The notes under the pieces are model-generated. The model saw nothing but the letters and a program-made list of their open reading frames with translations, made no database searches and was not told the DNA's origin. 64,000 bases of DNA. Origin: Eledone cirrhosa (lineage: Eukaryota). How positions within the stretch are numbered: the stretch's first letter is position 1; every line of letters starts with the position of its first letter. Of this stretch, positions 12,893 to 24,685 are shown one piece after another. The position numbers and the translations under genes are program-made. Where the stretch lies: assembly GCA_964016885.1 (NCBI GenBank), contig OZ024744.1, positions 85,250,001 through 85,314,000 on the forward strand, written 5' to 3'.

Positions 12893-13265
12893 AACAGGCT
12901 GTGATACTGATTGCCCACTTCAGCCAAGAAAAAAGAAGGGCTGACTGTGGCGAACTTCGGCTTCGAACCCTCGAAAGAAAGGCCTGTTTCAGCATCAAAA
13001 AGGCGTTGTCTGCGGATGTCCACCGACAAGGAAAAATGGTGGAGGAAATCCGCTCCCAAAATGGCATATAGCGAGTCGTCGGCGATAGTAACTTCCACTT
13101 CAAATCACGACGAAGATCTTTAAACCTAAGAGGAAGCGAAATTTGCCCGTAAGTTCGAATCGCCGTATGGTTAACTGCTCGTAAATTGATAGTGGATTCA
13201 GACGGGGTTTTTTCGAGATAACCGACTGGCCAAATACTCAGTGACGCGCCAGTATCGACGAACTC
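12893..13265 (-). pseudogene. Gypsy aspartic protease (retropepsin) fragment
   Basis: Minus strand encodes EFVDTGASLSIWP (active site) and AILGADFLHHFSLSVDIRRQRLFD. Confidence 0.85.
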
Positions 13266-13510
13266 TATACAAAAGTTAATTCAATCCCTACATACCTTGC
13301 GGATTAACAGAAATGGCTTAATTATTATTTTATGGACAGAGCTAAACGAAAGGATATGTGTGTATGAAGGTGACGAGGTGTCACCAAGTGTTTGGTTCCA
13401 AACGAAGGCATTCCATAGAGTACACCCACCAAGTCTGGCCGTCATAATCGGAGAAGAATATTTGTACGTCCGCTTTCCATTGTAGCCAGCGTGGAAGAGA
13501 GAGATCAGCA
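13263..13510 (-). mobile_element. Inverted partial copy of the Gypsy LTR
   Basis: Reverse complement of ~12485-12735. The ORF track shows matching peptides at 12509- and 13297+. Confidence 0.85.
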
Positions 13511-13565
13511 AAAAGCAACACAATGAAATATACAGCAAAAACAATTGGAAGAAGAAAAGAATACA

Positions 13566-13800
13566 ATTCAGTTTATATTACTGCATAGCTTACGGGGCCA
13601 ATGCACCCTTCGCCCCGAACGGGTCGTAGTTCTGTGTGTTGATGGAGGGGGGGGGGGAGAAATAGGCGTATGTGGCAAAGAAAAAGAAGGGGGCATTTGA
13701 GTTTCAAGTGTCATTGTGTCATTGTCCAGGTTTGCTCGTTTGAGACGATCAACGGAAACCGTTTCCCTGGAACCCCGAATGTCCAGTGTGAAATGTTTGT
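13566..13800 (-). pseudogene. Gypsy pol/integrase C-terminal fragment
   Basis: Minus strand HFTLDIRGSRETVSVDRLKRANL ... TTTRSGRRVHWPRKL, a typical Gypsy pol tail. Confidence 0.75.
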
Positions 13801-13878
13801 CTGTTTCATCAGAGCACGCGAAATGGTGTGGTATTAAACCAGAACAATAATATCAATAATAAAATAAAATAACTAGAT

Positions 13879-14950
13879 AACACCTCCGCAGCTGCTAGCA
13901 GGGAAGGACCTGATGGCGGACATGATATCTGCATCAGTAGCCACAAGGAGCAGGTGGGAGTCGGGTGGGGGTATGGATCTGAGATCAGTGGGTGGCTCAG
14001 GGTGTTTGAGCCGCAGAGCAGCCAGATACTCCTCGGTGGGTTGGAGGACAATGTCCTCTGAAGCAACAACTCTGAAGCAACGACTGCGGCCGGGACATCA
14101 CCCATGATAAGCTTTGCGTTTATCTGGTCACGCAAACGCTTGGAGATGGCCTCGGGGGTGGGGGATAGGGGGTACCTGAGGGTGGGTTGTGTGGCGTCCC
14201 TGGGCACGCTTGGAATGTGCGCTCGCCCAAATGACGAGACATTGGCCTTGACGAAGGCTGCTGTTGACCGGCCGCCCCAGTCACTGGCTCGATTGGAGTC
14301 CAGGGCGCTCTCAATCGAGGAAGCGAGGGAATCGGCCACCGGTACCCGTGCCGCTCTCGGGATCCTGAGTGGGATCGTCCGGAGCCGCCTGAGCCGAGCG
14401 ATGTTGATCAGCGAGGCTCGGGCGTCAGTCAAGCTCGCTGTCCCATCTGGTGGTGTGCCAGACGGCCGTGGCTGGGAAGACGTGGGGAAGAGGCAGCTCC
14501 TGCACCTCCACGCTGCGAGGGCATTGGAAGCTCGACGAGTCAAGCCAACGCAGGTGAGGTGGTGGAAGCAGCCGCACCCCAAACAGTTCCGGCCCCTCTT
14601 CCGTTTGTTAGTGGTGCCGCAAGTGCTGCAGGTGTCGATTTTGAGGGGTGTGGGATTGGGCGTGGGGCCGGGGACTGGGGAACCGAGCGGCATCAGGGGT
14701 GGGTGGCTGGTGTGTGTGGGTGGAAGGGAAAGTGCTGGTAAGAGGGCAGCATTGTTCACCTATATATATGGAGGTGCCAGAAAACGAGAGCGAAAAGGGG
14801 CTGCATGGAGGGGGAGACACAGGAAGATAGAATGGCAGTAAATGAATGAGGTAATGGATGGATGTACACAACAAGGGGGGGGGGGAGAAAACAAGGGGTT
14901 GTTCCCTGCGGAAAGACCCAGAGTTCAGCACGCACACATGCACGCAACTG
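13879..14950 (-). mobile_element. Inverted 5' half of a CRE-type non-LTR retrotransposon, with PHD finger
   Basis: C4HC3 motif CSTC..CLGC..H..C..WRCRSC at 14493-14630. Continues INAKLIMGDVPAAV and, after a frameshift, LRLKHP..SAIRSFPASSCGGV, joining the plus-strand half. Confidence 0.8.
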
Positions 14951-15531
14951 AGCAGTTTGTCATAGACGATATTCTCAATGGAGGCGCTTACAATATTTGA
15001 ATATAACTGAACCGTCGTGTCATTTAATTTGAAAAGTGGAGCAAAGTAAAAGGAGAATAGTGAATTTGGAGTGTCAATCCCTTGAGATTTTGTTTTTTTT
15101 CAATACCGGACTTAAAGTTTTCCAGGATTTATACTCATTTTTTTTTTTTCCTTCAAAAGGATGGAGGCGTTTTATCTCCTCATGAAACTGACATTACTTA
15201 ATAATGTTCGTCATCTATGGCTTATTCATATCTATTATTTCATAGATCTATAGAACTATTAGAATGTTTGTGCAGTGTTCTGTGTCCAGCCAGGTTTGTA
15301 CAACAGGTAAGAAAAATGATGATTGGTGACGGTTTCTTCTGATAGGAGCCTCTTCCACCTCAGATGATCGAAGTGTGTTTTCTTGTCTTCTTCAATACTT
15401 TCATAAACGGCTTCGGAGATTTAAAACTTATGTTTCAATTGGTGCCTCCATTTCCACACGGTTCTATTGTCTTATTTACAAAAATATATATTTCTTGTAG
15501 CATCAAACATTGACGACGTTACAATTCAAAT

Positions 15532-17768
15532 AGGTCCTTCCCAGCTAGCAGCTGCGGAGGTGTTGATGGTCGGCGACCAGGCCACCGCAAGGAGTTGACA
15601 TCCCCCTCTCCGCTGAGGCCGGGCACCGCCTTCTGAGTGCAATTGTGGCGCTCACCAATAGGCTCATTCATGGTGCCCTCGACCCTTACGCCCGAGGCCT
15701 CTTCTTTTCGGCCAGCCTCACCGCTCTCAGGAAGAAAGAGGGTGGCATACGCCCCATTGCTGTGGGCAATGTCTTCCGGAGGCCGGCTGCCAAGGTGATC
15801 TGCAAGTCCATCACACACGAACTGGGTGTCGGCGTGTACGGTGGCTATGAGGAAGCCGCTCATGCAATCAGGCAGTTCTTCAGCAGTTGTCCATCGGTAC
15901 CGTCATCCAGGGACTCCAGGCAACTCATTGTCAAGCTTGACATGAGGAATGCCTTTAACTCTTTACGCCGGGATCATCTGCTCGAGGCCTGCGTCAGCCG
16001 AGCCCCCTCCGCCTACCCGCTGGCCTACCTGTCATATGGAGCCCCGAGCATGAGCCTAGCTGCTGATACGGTCATACCCTCGGCTACTGGGGTCCAACAG
16101 GGCGACCCTTTGGGACCCCTCCTGTTCGCCATTGGTATTGACCAGATCGCCCGGAGTATCACGGCCCCTCTCAACGTTTGGTATCTGGATGATGCTACGT
16201 TGGGCGGGCCCGTACGGACCGTCTGCCAAGACCTTCAATCGGTGATACCTGCCCTGGCGGGAATCGACCTCCAGGTCAAATCGGCCAAGATGGAGGTGGT
16301 GAACGTCAGCCTCGATGCTGTGAGCTTTGCAGCCTCCGTCTTGGACGTGCGGTCCATTCTCCGTCAGGTTCAGGTGACCCCCAAAGAGGATGTCCTCATC
16401 CTCGGGTCACCGATCCACCCGCCGGCCATCCGCTCCACCATCAGGTCCAGGCTTCAACAGCTCCAGACTCTCACGAGCCGATTGGGCTTGATTGACGGCC
16501 ACCCAGCTCTCTTTCTGCTGAGGAACTGCTTCGCCATGCCGAAGCTCCTCTATACACTCCGCAGCGCTCCATGCTACACCCAGACATCTCTCCTCGCTGA
16601 CCTCGATACTTGTATCCGAGCAGCAGCCGAGGGGATATGCAACGTTAAGTTTGACGACATAGGGTGGCAACAGGCCACTTTACCGGTCAGGTATAGCGGC
16701 CTTGGCCTCCGGTCCCCGATCTCACTAGCTTTTCCGGCGTATCTTTCGCCGGTAACCTTGTGCCGCGTCCTCGTCAGCAGGGTTCTTCAAAACACAACAG
16801 AACCCTCTGTGTTCAGAGAACGTGAAGCCGCCTGTGAGACATGGGACCGGCTGGGATTTAGCCCAGTAGACGTCCCTCCTCCTTTTTCCCCTGTTGACGT
16901 CAAAACCCCTCAACGCACTTGGGATGCCATCCTGTGCAGCCTGGCCTCAGACAGGCTCACGCGCCAGCTCGACCAGCACCGTCTTGCTTGTTTTCGTGCG
17001 GCCTCCAAACCCCACAGTGGTGCCTGGCTTCATGCCCTGCCCTCCTTCTCCACTGGCACGCAGCTAGACCACCATAGCCTGCGAATCGGCGTTTCCCTGA
17101 GGCTCGGCCTCCGTATCTGCCAGCCACACCAATGTCGCTGCGCTTCCACCGTGGACTATTTTGGCCTCCACCCACTTTCCTGTCGCCACATTGCCGGCCG
17201 CATTCCACGCCATACTGCCCTCAACGAGGTGATTAAGCATGGCTTGGACGTTGCAGGCTTCCCTTCCCAGCTCGAGCCGGTGGGTCTGGATCGAGGGGAC
17301 GGCAAAAGGCCAGATGGCATGACCATCTTCCCGTTCCGCGGTGGCAAACCCCTCGTCTGGGATGCCACTTGCACCGATACTTTCTGCAGCCGCAACCTGG
17401 TGCAGTCTGCGACTGACCCAGGTTCTCTGCACGTCGGGCTGAGGGGGCCAAACTCCTCAAATACCGGTCACTCTCCGACAGGTTTGCGGTCGTTCCCCTG
17501 GCAGTGGAGACTTCTAATGTCCTCGGCCCCAGGGCTACCTCCTTACTCACCACCATAGGCGCTGAGCTGGCCAGCCGCAGGTGTGAGCCCCGCGAGTTGG
17601 AGTGGCTTTTCCAGCACGTCTCCCTTGCCGTCCCCCGGGGAAACGCCTTCTCCATTCTGTCCGCCGCGGCTGTGGGTGGGCCCCATCGCGTTCCATTACA
17701 TTAGTTAAATACCATTCTTTCATCGTTACAATGATATAAATATTAATCGAAAAAAAAAGAAAAAAAAG
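15532..17768 (+). mobile_element. CRE-clade non-LTR retrotransposon: RT plus restriction-like endonuclease, A-rich tail
   Basis: GGIRPIAVG, KLDMRNAFNS, GVQQGDPLGPLLF, WYLDD. RLE motifs CRC..HPLSC..RH..N..E..RPDG..WD. Frameshift near 17425. A-rich tail at 17751-17768. Confidence 0.9.
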
Positions 17769-18432
17769 TGAAACCTTATAGTGCTATTTCACATTCTGGA
17801 GAGTGTAGCGCAAAATCAATCTATAGTTTGACTGATGATTCCACGAGCGTACATATCCTTGTATAGAATATGTATTTGGTATATATACGATATAACATCA
17901 ATATAAGTAACAGATAGAGTATAATGAAGAACCTAGTATGTTAAACAAACTGATATGATACAGATGTATGGAATTGACATGTGAAAACTGCTATAGGGTA
18001 CATTAGATATAGTGTTGAGGTTGCGACGAGATAACAGTAACCACTAAAAGGTACTTGGAGACAGGATTTTCGTTTTATTAACTTAGTGAGGATGATAGTT
18101 TTTATGTGGTGTTAAATGGAGTTGTAGATTCGTTGTTTAAGTGGCCTATACTAAAGGTAGGGGTTATTAGTTCGAATCATGGGGGTTTAGTTTTTACAGT
18201 ATCAATAACAAATCGTGTATAAATAAGACAGTAATAACAACAATAATAGAAACAATAAAGGTAATAAAATAGTAAAATATACATGGTAGATATAGAGAAC
18301 ATGATAAATACTATTAGGGATACATTGAGATGTTCATAATAATAATAATAATAGTAAGAGGAAAGTAAGATATCAAGGAGTGTAGGAGTAATAAGATAAT
18401 GTACTTAGAATTAGGTTCATCTGTTAGAGATA

Positions 18433-18526
18433 ATTGTTTCTACTTTTGGCACAAGGCCAGCAATTACCCAGTGCATTACTGGTACTTTATTTTATCGACC
18501 CCGTAAGGATGAAAGGCAAAGTCAAT
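18433..18526 (-). mobile_element. 5'-truncated SINE with 10-bp TSD
   Basis: SINE 3' half flanked by TAGAGATAAT on both sides. Confidence 0.8.
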
Positions 18527-19003
18527 AGAGATAATGAGTGCTAATGAGAGATATAATTGTTTGGTCCGAAGAAGTGAATAACAGCGAAGATGGGATTGAT
18601 TTATGGGCTGATAAGATAGTTGTAGACATTTCTGACACATTACAGCCCAGTGGTATAGAATTAGGGAGGCTATAAGGTGTTTATAGAAGATTATGGTTCT
18701 GTGGTGGGCTGTGTGAGAAGGCGGATTTCATATGTTAAAAGCTAAGTGATATTGGTTCGAATCACGGTGGTTGAAATCTCGCGAATTTTGTAGCAATCCT
18801 ATGTCTGCAGAATATTGTCCTTTCTATTTTGCTGTTGAGTAGCAAATTATCGCTGGACTACATCTAAGTGGACTGCCTATAACGATAACCTGTTATCCCG
18901 TATATATATATACATATATATGTACACCGAACGTAGTTCGAACACAAAAGAACCAAACTCCCACTGTCAGTGCCGCCGTCCCTCATGCTCTCCCCACCTC
19001 TCA

Positions 19004-19615
19004 CTATTTTGAGTAAATTGGGGCCAACGTGATAGCCACCCCGTGGCCCCGACGGACAGAATAGAGAAGGTGTTTCTCCGGGGAATTGTTAGACGCGCTG
19101 GAAGAGCCAGTCCAGCTTCCGTGGCTCACACCTGCAGGTAGCCAATTCTGTGCCGATGGTGGTGAGTAGAGAGGTGGCCCTAGGGTCAAGGACTCTAAAA
19201 GTTTCCACTGCCACGGGCTCGACCGCAAACTTGTCGGAGAGCGACCGATATTTAGAGAGTTTACCCTCTTCCGCCCAAATTGCAAAAGAGACTGTACTAG
19301 GTTACAGCAGGAGAATGTGTCGCTGTATGTGGCATCCCAGACGAGGGGTTTACCACCGCGGAACGGGAAGATGGTCATGCCATCTGGCCTTTTACCGTAC
19401 CCTCGGTCCCGCCCCACCGGCTTGAGCTGGGACGGGAAGCCTGCAGCATCCAAGCCATGCTTGATGACCTCGATGAGAGCAGCATGGCGTGGAAGGCGGC
19501 TGGTACTATAGTGGCAGGACAGCGGGTGAAGGCCGAAAGAGTCTACGGTGGATCCGCAACAGCATTTATGTAGCTCAAAGATCCGAAGGCCGAGCCTCAG
19601 GGAATTTGCCAGTTG
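19004..19615 (-). mobile_element. Second, diverged CRE-type fragment (RLE domain)
   Basis: LRLGLRI..CCCGSTVDSFGLHPLSC..RHAALIEVIKHGL..KRPDGMTIFPFRGGKPLVWD, homologous to 17090-17680. Confidence 0.9.
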
Positions 19616-19746
19616 AGGAGACTGAAGCAACGTGAAATATAATATCTTGTTCAAGGTCAAAACGTGCTGCCCGAGCATTAGACTCACGACCTTAAGATGA
19701 TAAGTCGAATACGCGAACAACAAATCCACCCGACTTCGCAAAAATT

Positions 19747-19888
19747 GTATATTGGATCTCCTTCAGTTCCGACGAAGAGTATTCCAGTTGTTTGATTAAC
19801 GGAACAGACTACTAGTGAAATTAAGGTGCACGTGTACGCTTAATGTAATTTTTAACGAGCTCTAGCACGACTCGATGTGTAACAAGGA
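19747..19888 (+). repeat. Unclassified dispersed repeat, copy 2
   Basis: Similar to 11868-12030. Confidence 0.7.
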
Positions 19889-20065
19889 CAAACCGAGCCG
19901 TCTGGGTTAGGGTTAGGGTTAGTGTTCACGACCTTAAATAAAATCATGAGTCAAATACCCCAAACACCATGTCACCCACCTTCGCAAAGTACAATGAAAC
20001 AATATGAAAAATAATTTAGTATCCTTAACGGCGGGAACAATTTGAAGTTCACGTTTGTTCAGAGA

Positions 20066-22240
20066 GGCGGCGAATTGGCAGAGTCGTTAGAACGTCGGAT
20101 AGAATGTTTTGCAATATTCCTTCCGGCTCTCATCTCTGTGAGTTCAAATCCCAATCGAAGTCAACTTTGCCTTTTATTCCAGGTCGATAAAAAAAGTACC
20201 AGTCTGGTAGTGAGGTTGATTATTCCCCATTCTATCCTTCTTTCCAAAAGTACCAGTCTAGTAGTGAGGTTGATTATTCCCCTTTCTATCCTTCTTTCCA
20301 AAAGTACCAGTCTAGTAGTGAGGTTGATTATTCCCCTTTCTATCCCTCTTTCCAAAAGTACCAGTCTAATAGTGATGTTGATTATTCCCCATTCTATCCT
20401 TCTTTCCAAAAGTACCAGTCTAGTAGTGAGGTTGATTATTCCTCTTTCTATCCCTCTTTCCAAAAGTACCAGTCTTGTAGTGATGTTGATTATTCCCCAT
20501 TCTATCCTTCTTTCCAAAAGTACCAGTCTAGTAGTGAGGTTGATTATTCCTCTTTCTATCCTTCTTTCCAAAAGTACCAGTCTTGTAGTGATGTTGATTA
20601 TTTCTCTTTCTATCCTTCTTTCCAAAAGTACCAGTCTAGTAGTGAGGTTGATTATTCCTCTTTCTATCCTTCTTTCCAAAAGTACCAGTCTAATAGTGAT
20701 GTTGATTATTTCTCTTTCTATCCTTCTTTCCAAAAGTACCAGTCTAGTAGTGAGGTTGATTATTCCTCTTTCTATCCTTCTTTCCAAAAGTACCAGTCTA
20801 ATAGTGATGTTGATTATTTCTCTTTCTATCATTCTTTCCAAAAGTACCAGTCTAGTAGTGATGTTGATTATTTCTCTTTCTATCCTTCTTTCCAAAAGTA
20901 CCAGTCTAATAGTGATGTTGATTATTTCTCTTTCTATCATTCTTTCCAAAAGTACCAGTCTAATAGTGATGTTGATTATTTCTCTTTCTATCCTTCTTTC
21001 CAAAAGTACCAGTCTAGTAGTGAGGTTGATTATTCCTCTTTCTATCCTTCTTTCCAAAAGTACCAGTCTTGTAGTGATGTTGATTATTTCTCTTTCTATC
21101 ATTCTTTCCAAAAGTACCAGTCTAGTAGTGAGGTTGATTATTCCTCTTTCTATCCCTCTTTCCAAAAGTACCAGTCTAGTAGTGAGGTTGATTATTCCTC
21201 TTTCTATCCTTCTTTCCAAAAGTACCAGTCTTGTAGTGAGGTTGATTATTCCTCTTTCTATCCCTCTTTCCAAAAGTACCAGTCTAGTAGTGAGGTTGAT
21301 TATTCCTCTTTCTATCCTTCTTTCCAAAAGTACCAGTCTTGTAGTGAGGTTGATTATTCCTCTTTCTATCCCTCTTTCCAAAAGTACCAGTCTAGTAGTG
21401 ATGTTGATTATTTCTCTTTCTATCCTTCTTTCCAAAAGCACCAGTCTAGTAGTGAGGTTGATTATTCCTCTTTCTATCCTTCTTTCCAAAAGTACCAGTC
21501 TAGTAGTGAGGTTGATTATTCCCCTTTCTATCATTCTTTCCAAAAGTACCAGTCTAGTAGTGATGTTGATTATTCTCCTTTCTATCATTCTTTCCAAAAG
21601 TACCAGTCTTGTAGTGATGTTGATTATTTCTCTTTCTATCCTTCTTTCCAAAAGTACCAGTCTAATAGTGATGTTGATTATTTCTCTTTCTATCCTTCTT
21701 TCCAAAAGTACCAGTCTAGTAGTGATGTTGATTATTTCTCTTTCTATCCTTCTTTCCAAAAGTACCAGTCTAGTAGTGATGTTGATTATTTCTCTTTCTA
21801 TCCTTCTTTCCAAAAGTACCAGTCTAGTAGTGAGGTGAGGTTGATTATTCCCCTTTCTATCATTCTTTCCAAAAGTACCAGTCTTGTAGTGAGGTTGATT
21901 ATTCCCCTTTCTATCCTTCTTTCCAAAAGTACCAGTCTAGTAGTGATGTTGATTATTCCTCTTTCTATCCTTCTTTCCAAAAGTACCAGTCTAGTAGTGA
22001 GGTTGATTATTCCGCTTTCTATCCTTCTTTCCAAAAGTACCAGTCTAGTAGTGATGTTGATTATTCTCCTTTCTATCATTCTTTCCAAAAGTACCAGTCT
22101 AGTAGTGATGTTGATTATTTCTCAATATCTCTTTCTCACTTCCATTCTCTCACTTTCTATCCTTCTCTGGAAAATATCTGCTGTATTCCAACTGGGAGAT
22201 AAGATGGGATCCGCCAAGTTTAAAAATGCCCTACAGACGC
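20066..22240 (+). mobile_element. tRNA-derived SINE split by an internal minisatellite expansion
   Basis: Head and box B at 20066-20200. The tail at 22123-22240 matches the tail of the unexpanded copy at 34811-35095. Confidence 0.8.
20192..22122. repeat. 54-bp minisatellite, ~36 copies
   Basis: Unit CCAAAAGTACCAGTCTAGTAGTGAGGTTGATTATTCCTCTTTCTATCCTTCTTT, giving 18-aa periodic ORFs on both strands. Confidence 0.97.
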
Positions 22241-22382
22241 TGTATGTTAATACAGCACCCTTACCACTCCTCCAGGCGTCAAGGGACCATCTATCTATCA
22301 ATTTGTTTGGAGATGATTCATAGATAGTAAATTGATAATGTCAATTCAATGACGGACCAAAAGCAAGGGTTTATTATTATTA

Positions 22383-22965
22383 TTGGCAGTATCGGTAGAG
22401 CGTCGGACCCCATACTTTGCAGCATAGAGTTACGTTCCTTTACGGTCTGAGTTCAAAACCTGCCGAGGTTAACTTTGCCTGTCATCCTTACGCTGTCGAT
22501 AAAATAAAGTACCAGTAACGTACTGGGGTCGATTTAATTGACTCCGCCCCCCACGCCCACCCCCAAAAAGAAAATAATTATTGGCCTTGTGCCTATACTA
22601 GAAATCAATATTAAGTCACATGCTTTCCAACATAGTTACGTCCCTTTACGATCTGAGTTCAAATCCGGTCGAGATTAACTTTCTTTACCTTTCATCCTTA
22701 CGGGGTCGATAAAATAAAGTACCAGTAATACACTGGGTAATTGCTGGCCTTGTGCCTAAAATAGGAACAATTATTATTAAGTCACATGAGGGCGGGATAT
22801 TGGCAGTGTCGGTAGAGCGTCGAACACCATGCTTCGCGATATGGAGTTACGGTCCTTTACGTTCTGATTTCAAATCCCGCTATGGTTAAATTTACCATTC
22901 ATTCTTACGGGGTCGATAAAATAAAGTAACCAGTGATGCACTGAGGTCGATTTAATCGACCCCCC
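22383..22965 (+). mobile_element. Three tandem SINE copies
   Basis: Box A, box B and the central domain repeat three times. Confidence 0.88.
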
Positions 22966-23180
22966 CCCCCTACCCCCACCCACCTCAAAATTGAATCCAT
23001 CGCCCTTGGCTATCTGTATAATGTGCATTCTCTTCTTTTAGTTATGCGTCCTATTCTCACAGATGAGTTTGGCAAACCGACTAACCTAGATTTTGGCACT
23101 TATTCTGATCACACTAAGAAAACTATTGAGCCTGCATTTTCTACTACACAGTCCGCACTCAAAACACCAAATAATGTGAC

Positions 23181-23585
23181 TTGAATTCAGATCATAAATG
23201 GCCGTAACTCTATGCTGCAAAGCATGATGTCCGACACTCTATCGATACTACCACCCCACCCGCACTTCTCACAGCAACAATAATAATTGTTTCCACTTTT
23301 GACACAAGGCCAGCAACTAATCCAGTGTATTACTGGTACTTTATTTTATCGACCTCTGTAAGGATGAAAGGCAAAGTCACCCTCGGTGGGATTTGAACTC
23401 AGATAATAAAGGGCCGTAACTCTATGCTACCGATAACTGCCAATCCACCCGCACTCCTCACAGCAACAATAATAATGGTCTCTTATATAGACACAAGGCC
23501 AGCAATTTTGGGGGAGGCGAAAGTCGATTAAATAGACCCCAGTACGTTACTGGTACTTTATTTTATCGATCCTGTAAGGAGAAAA
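23181..23585 (-). mobile_element. SINE cluster
   Basis: Same SINE family, reverse complement. Confidence 0.88.
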
Positions 23586-23715
23586 CTGGGGTTATATAAG
23601 GTGATAGTGAGGCGAAGGGCCAAAATATTTACAAGAAACAGCAGTCAAAAACATTCCGAAAAAACTCTACAAAATGTAAGGAGTTCAGCAAAATAGCAAT
23701 ATTGTCGCGGTTTTT

Positions 23716-23755
<40 letters not shown>

Positions 23756-23882
23756 AAAGTTCTATTTAAATTGTTGGGATACAACAAGCAAATATTTTTA
23801 TAACTGATATAAAGCACTCGACAAGTATTTGGAGTAAATATACGATATTAACAAATGGAAACTATATTTATAAAACCATATC

Positions 23883-23947
23883 TATTTTATTATACATATT
23901 TCAAGGATACCATGTTAAATTATGGTATGCTTTCATCAGACAAAATA
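23883..23947 (-). ncRNA. Type I hammerhead ribozyme (family A)
   Basis: TATTTTGT-CTGATGA-AAGCATACCAT-AATTTAAC-ATGGTATCCTT-GAAA-TATGTA-TA-ATAAAATA. 8-bp stem I, 11-bp stem II with one mismatch, canonical core. Confidence 0.8.
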
Positions 23948-24155
23948 CAATATATACCAGTTTTATAAATAAATATTGACATACCCTTTCAAAATGCAAC
24001 CGTTTCTTTTGGAAGACATCAGGGATAGTGGATTTGTTTACTTATATTAGTAAGTCGTTGTGTTACGGAGAAGGAAAAAGACGGAGAGAGAGAAAAAAAG
24101 TATAATAAAATAGATATGGTTTTATAAATATAGTTAATTTCCATTTGTTAATATC

Positions 24156-24211
<56 letters not shown>

Positions 24212-24410
24212 ATAGAGGTGTAACACACGAGTTATGATATATTGGTAAAAGGAAAAGAAAATATATATATATATATATATATATAAATATAACGTATTAG
24301 TGCTCAGATTGGGGTGCGGTGATCGTCTCTCTCTCCCTCTCTCTTTCTTTCACCACTTGATCTTTCTTCTTCTTCTTCTTCTTCTTCTTCTTCTTCTTCT
24401 TCTTCTTCTT

Positions 24411-24610
24411 CAAACACTCCGTCAAGCGAGTCCACTCAGAAGCAACTACCTCCAATTAATCCACCCATATCCCAAAGCCAGACCAGCCAATATCATGGGT
24501 GTTATCCAACCATCTTTCTTAGCGTCTACCTCTGGGCCTCTTGCTGGTTGGTTTTGCCCGTAAAATATATCCAGCGATTCCTTCTTGAAACATTCTAACC
24601 TCATGTTTTC
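24411..24610 (-). mobile_element. RTE LINE 3' fragment (second family)
   Basis: HEVRMFQEGIAGYILRAKPTSKRPRGRR*ERWLDNTHDIGWS, an RTE C-terminal motif, ending at an (AAG)n tract. Confidence 0.7.
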
Positions 24611-24685
24611 TTTTTCTGTATATTTTATTGAACAACATTTAATATTTATCTATTAATTGATTATATGTAATGTATTTCTATGTAA

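Noticed and set aside
14950-15531. Coding fragment in the spacer of the CRE element
   Set aside because: The minus-strand frames I translated contain stops and no recognisable motif, and the ORF track shows nothing here.
17832-17880. Additional hammerhead (CTGATGA...GAATATGTATT)
   Set aside because: GAAA is incomplete and stems I and II are poor. At best a decayed copy.
19904-19922. Telomere or interstitial telomeric array
   Set aside because: Only about three TTAGGG units.
20042-22323. 598-aa and 550-aa repeat proteins, or a CRISPR-like array
   Set aside because: Contiguous 54-bp tandem units without unique spacers, derived from a SINE, with no cas genes.
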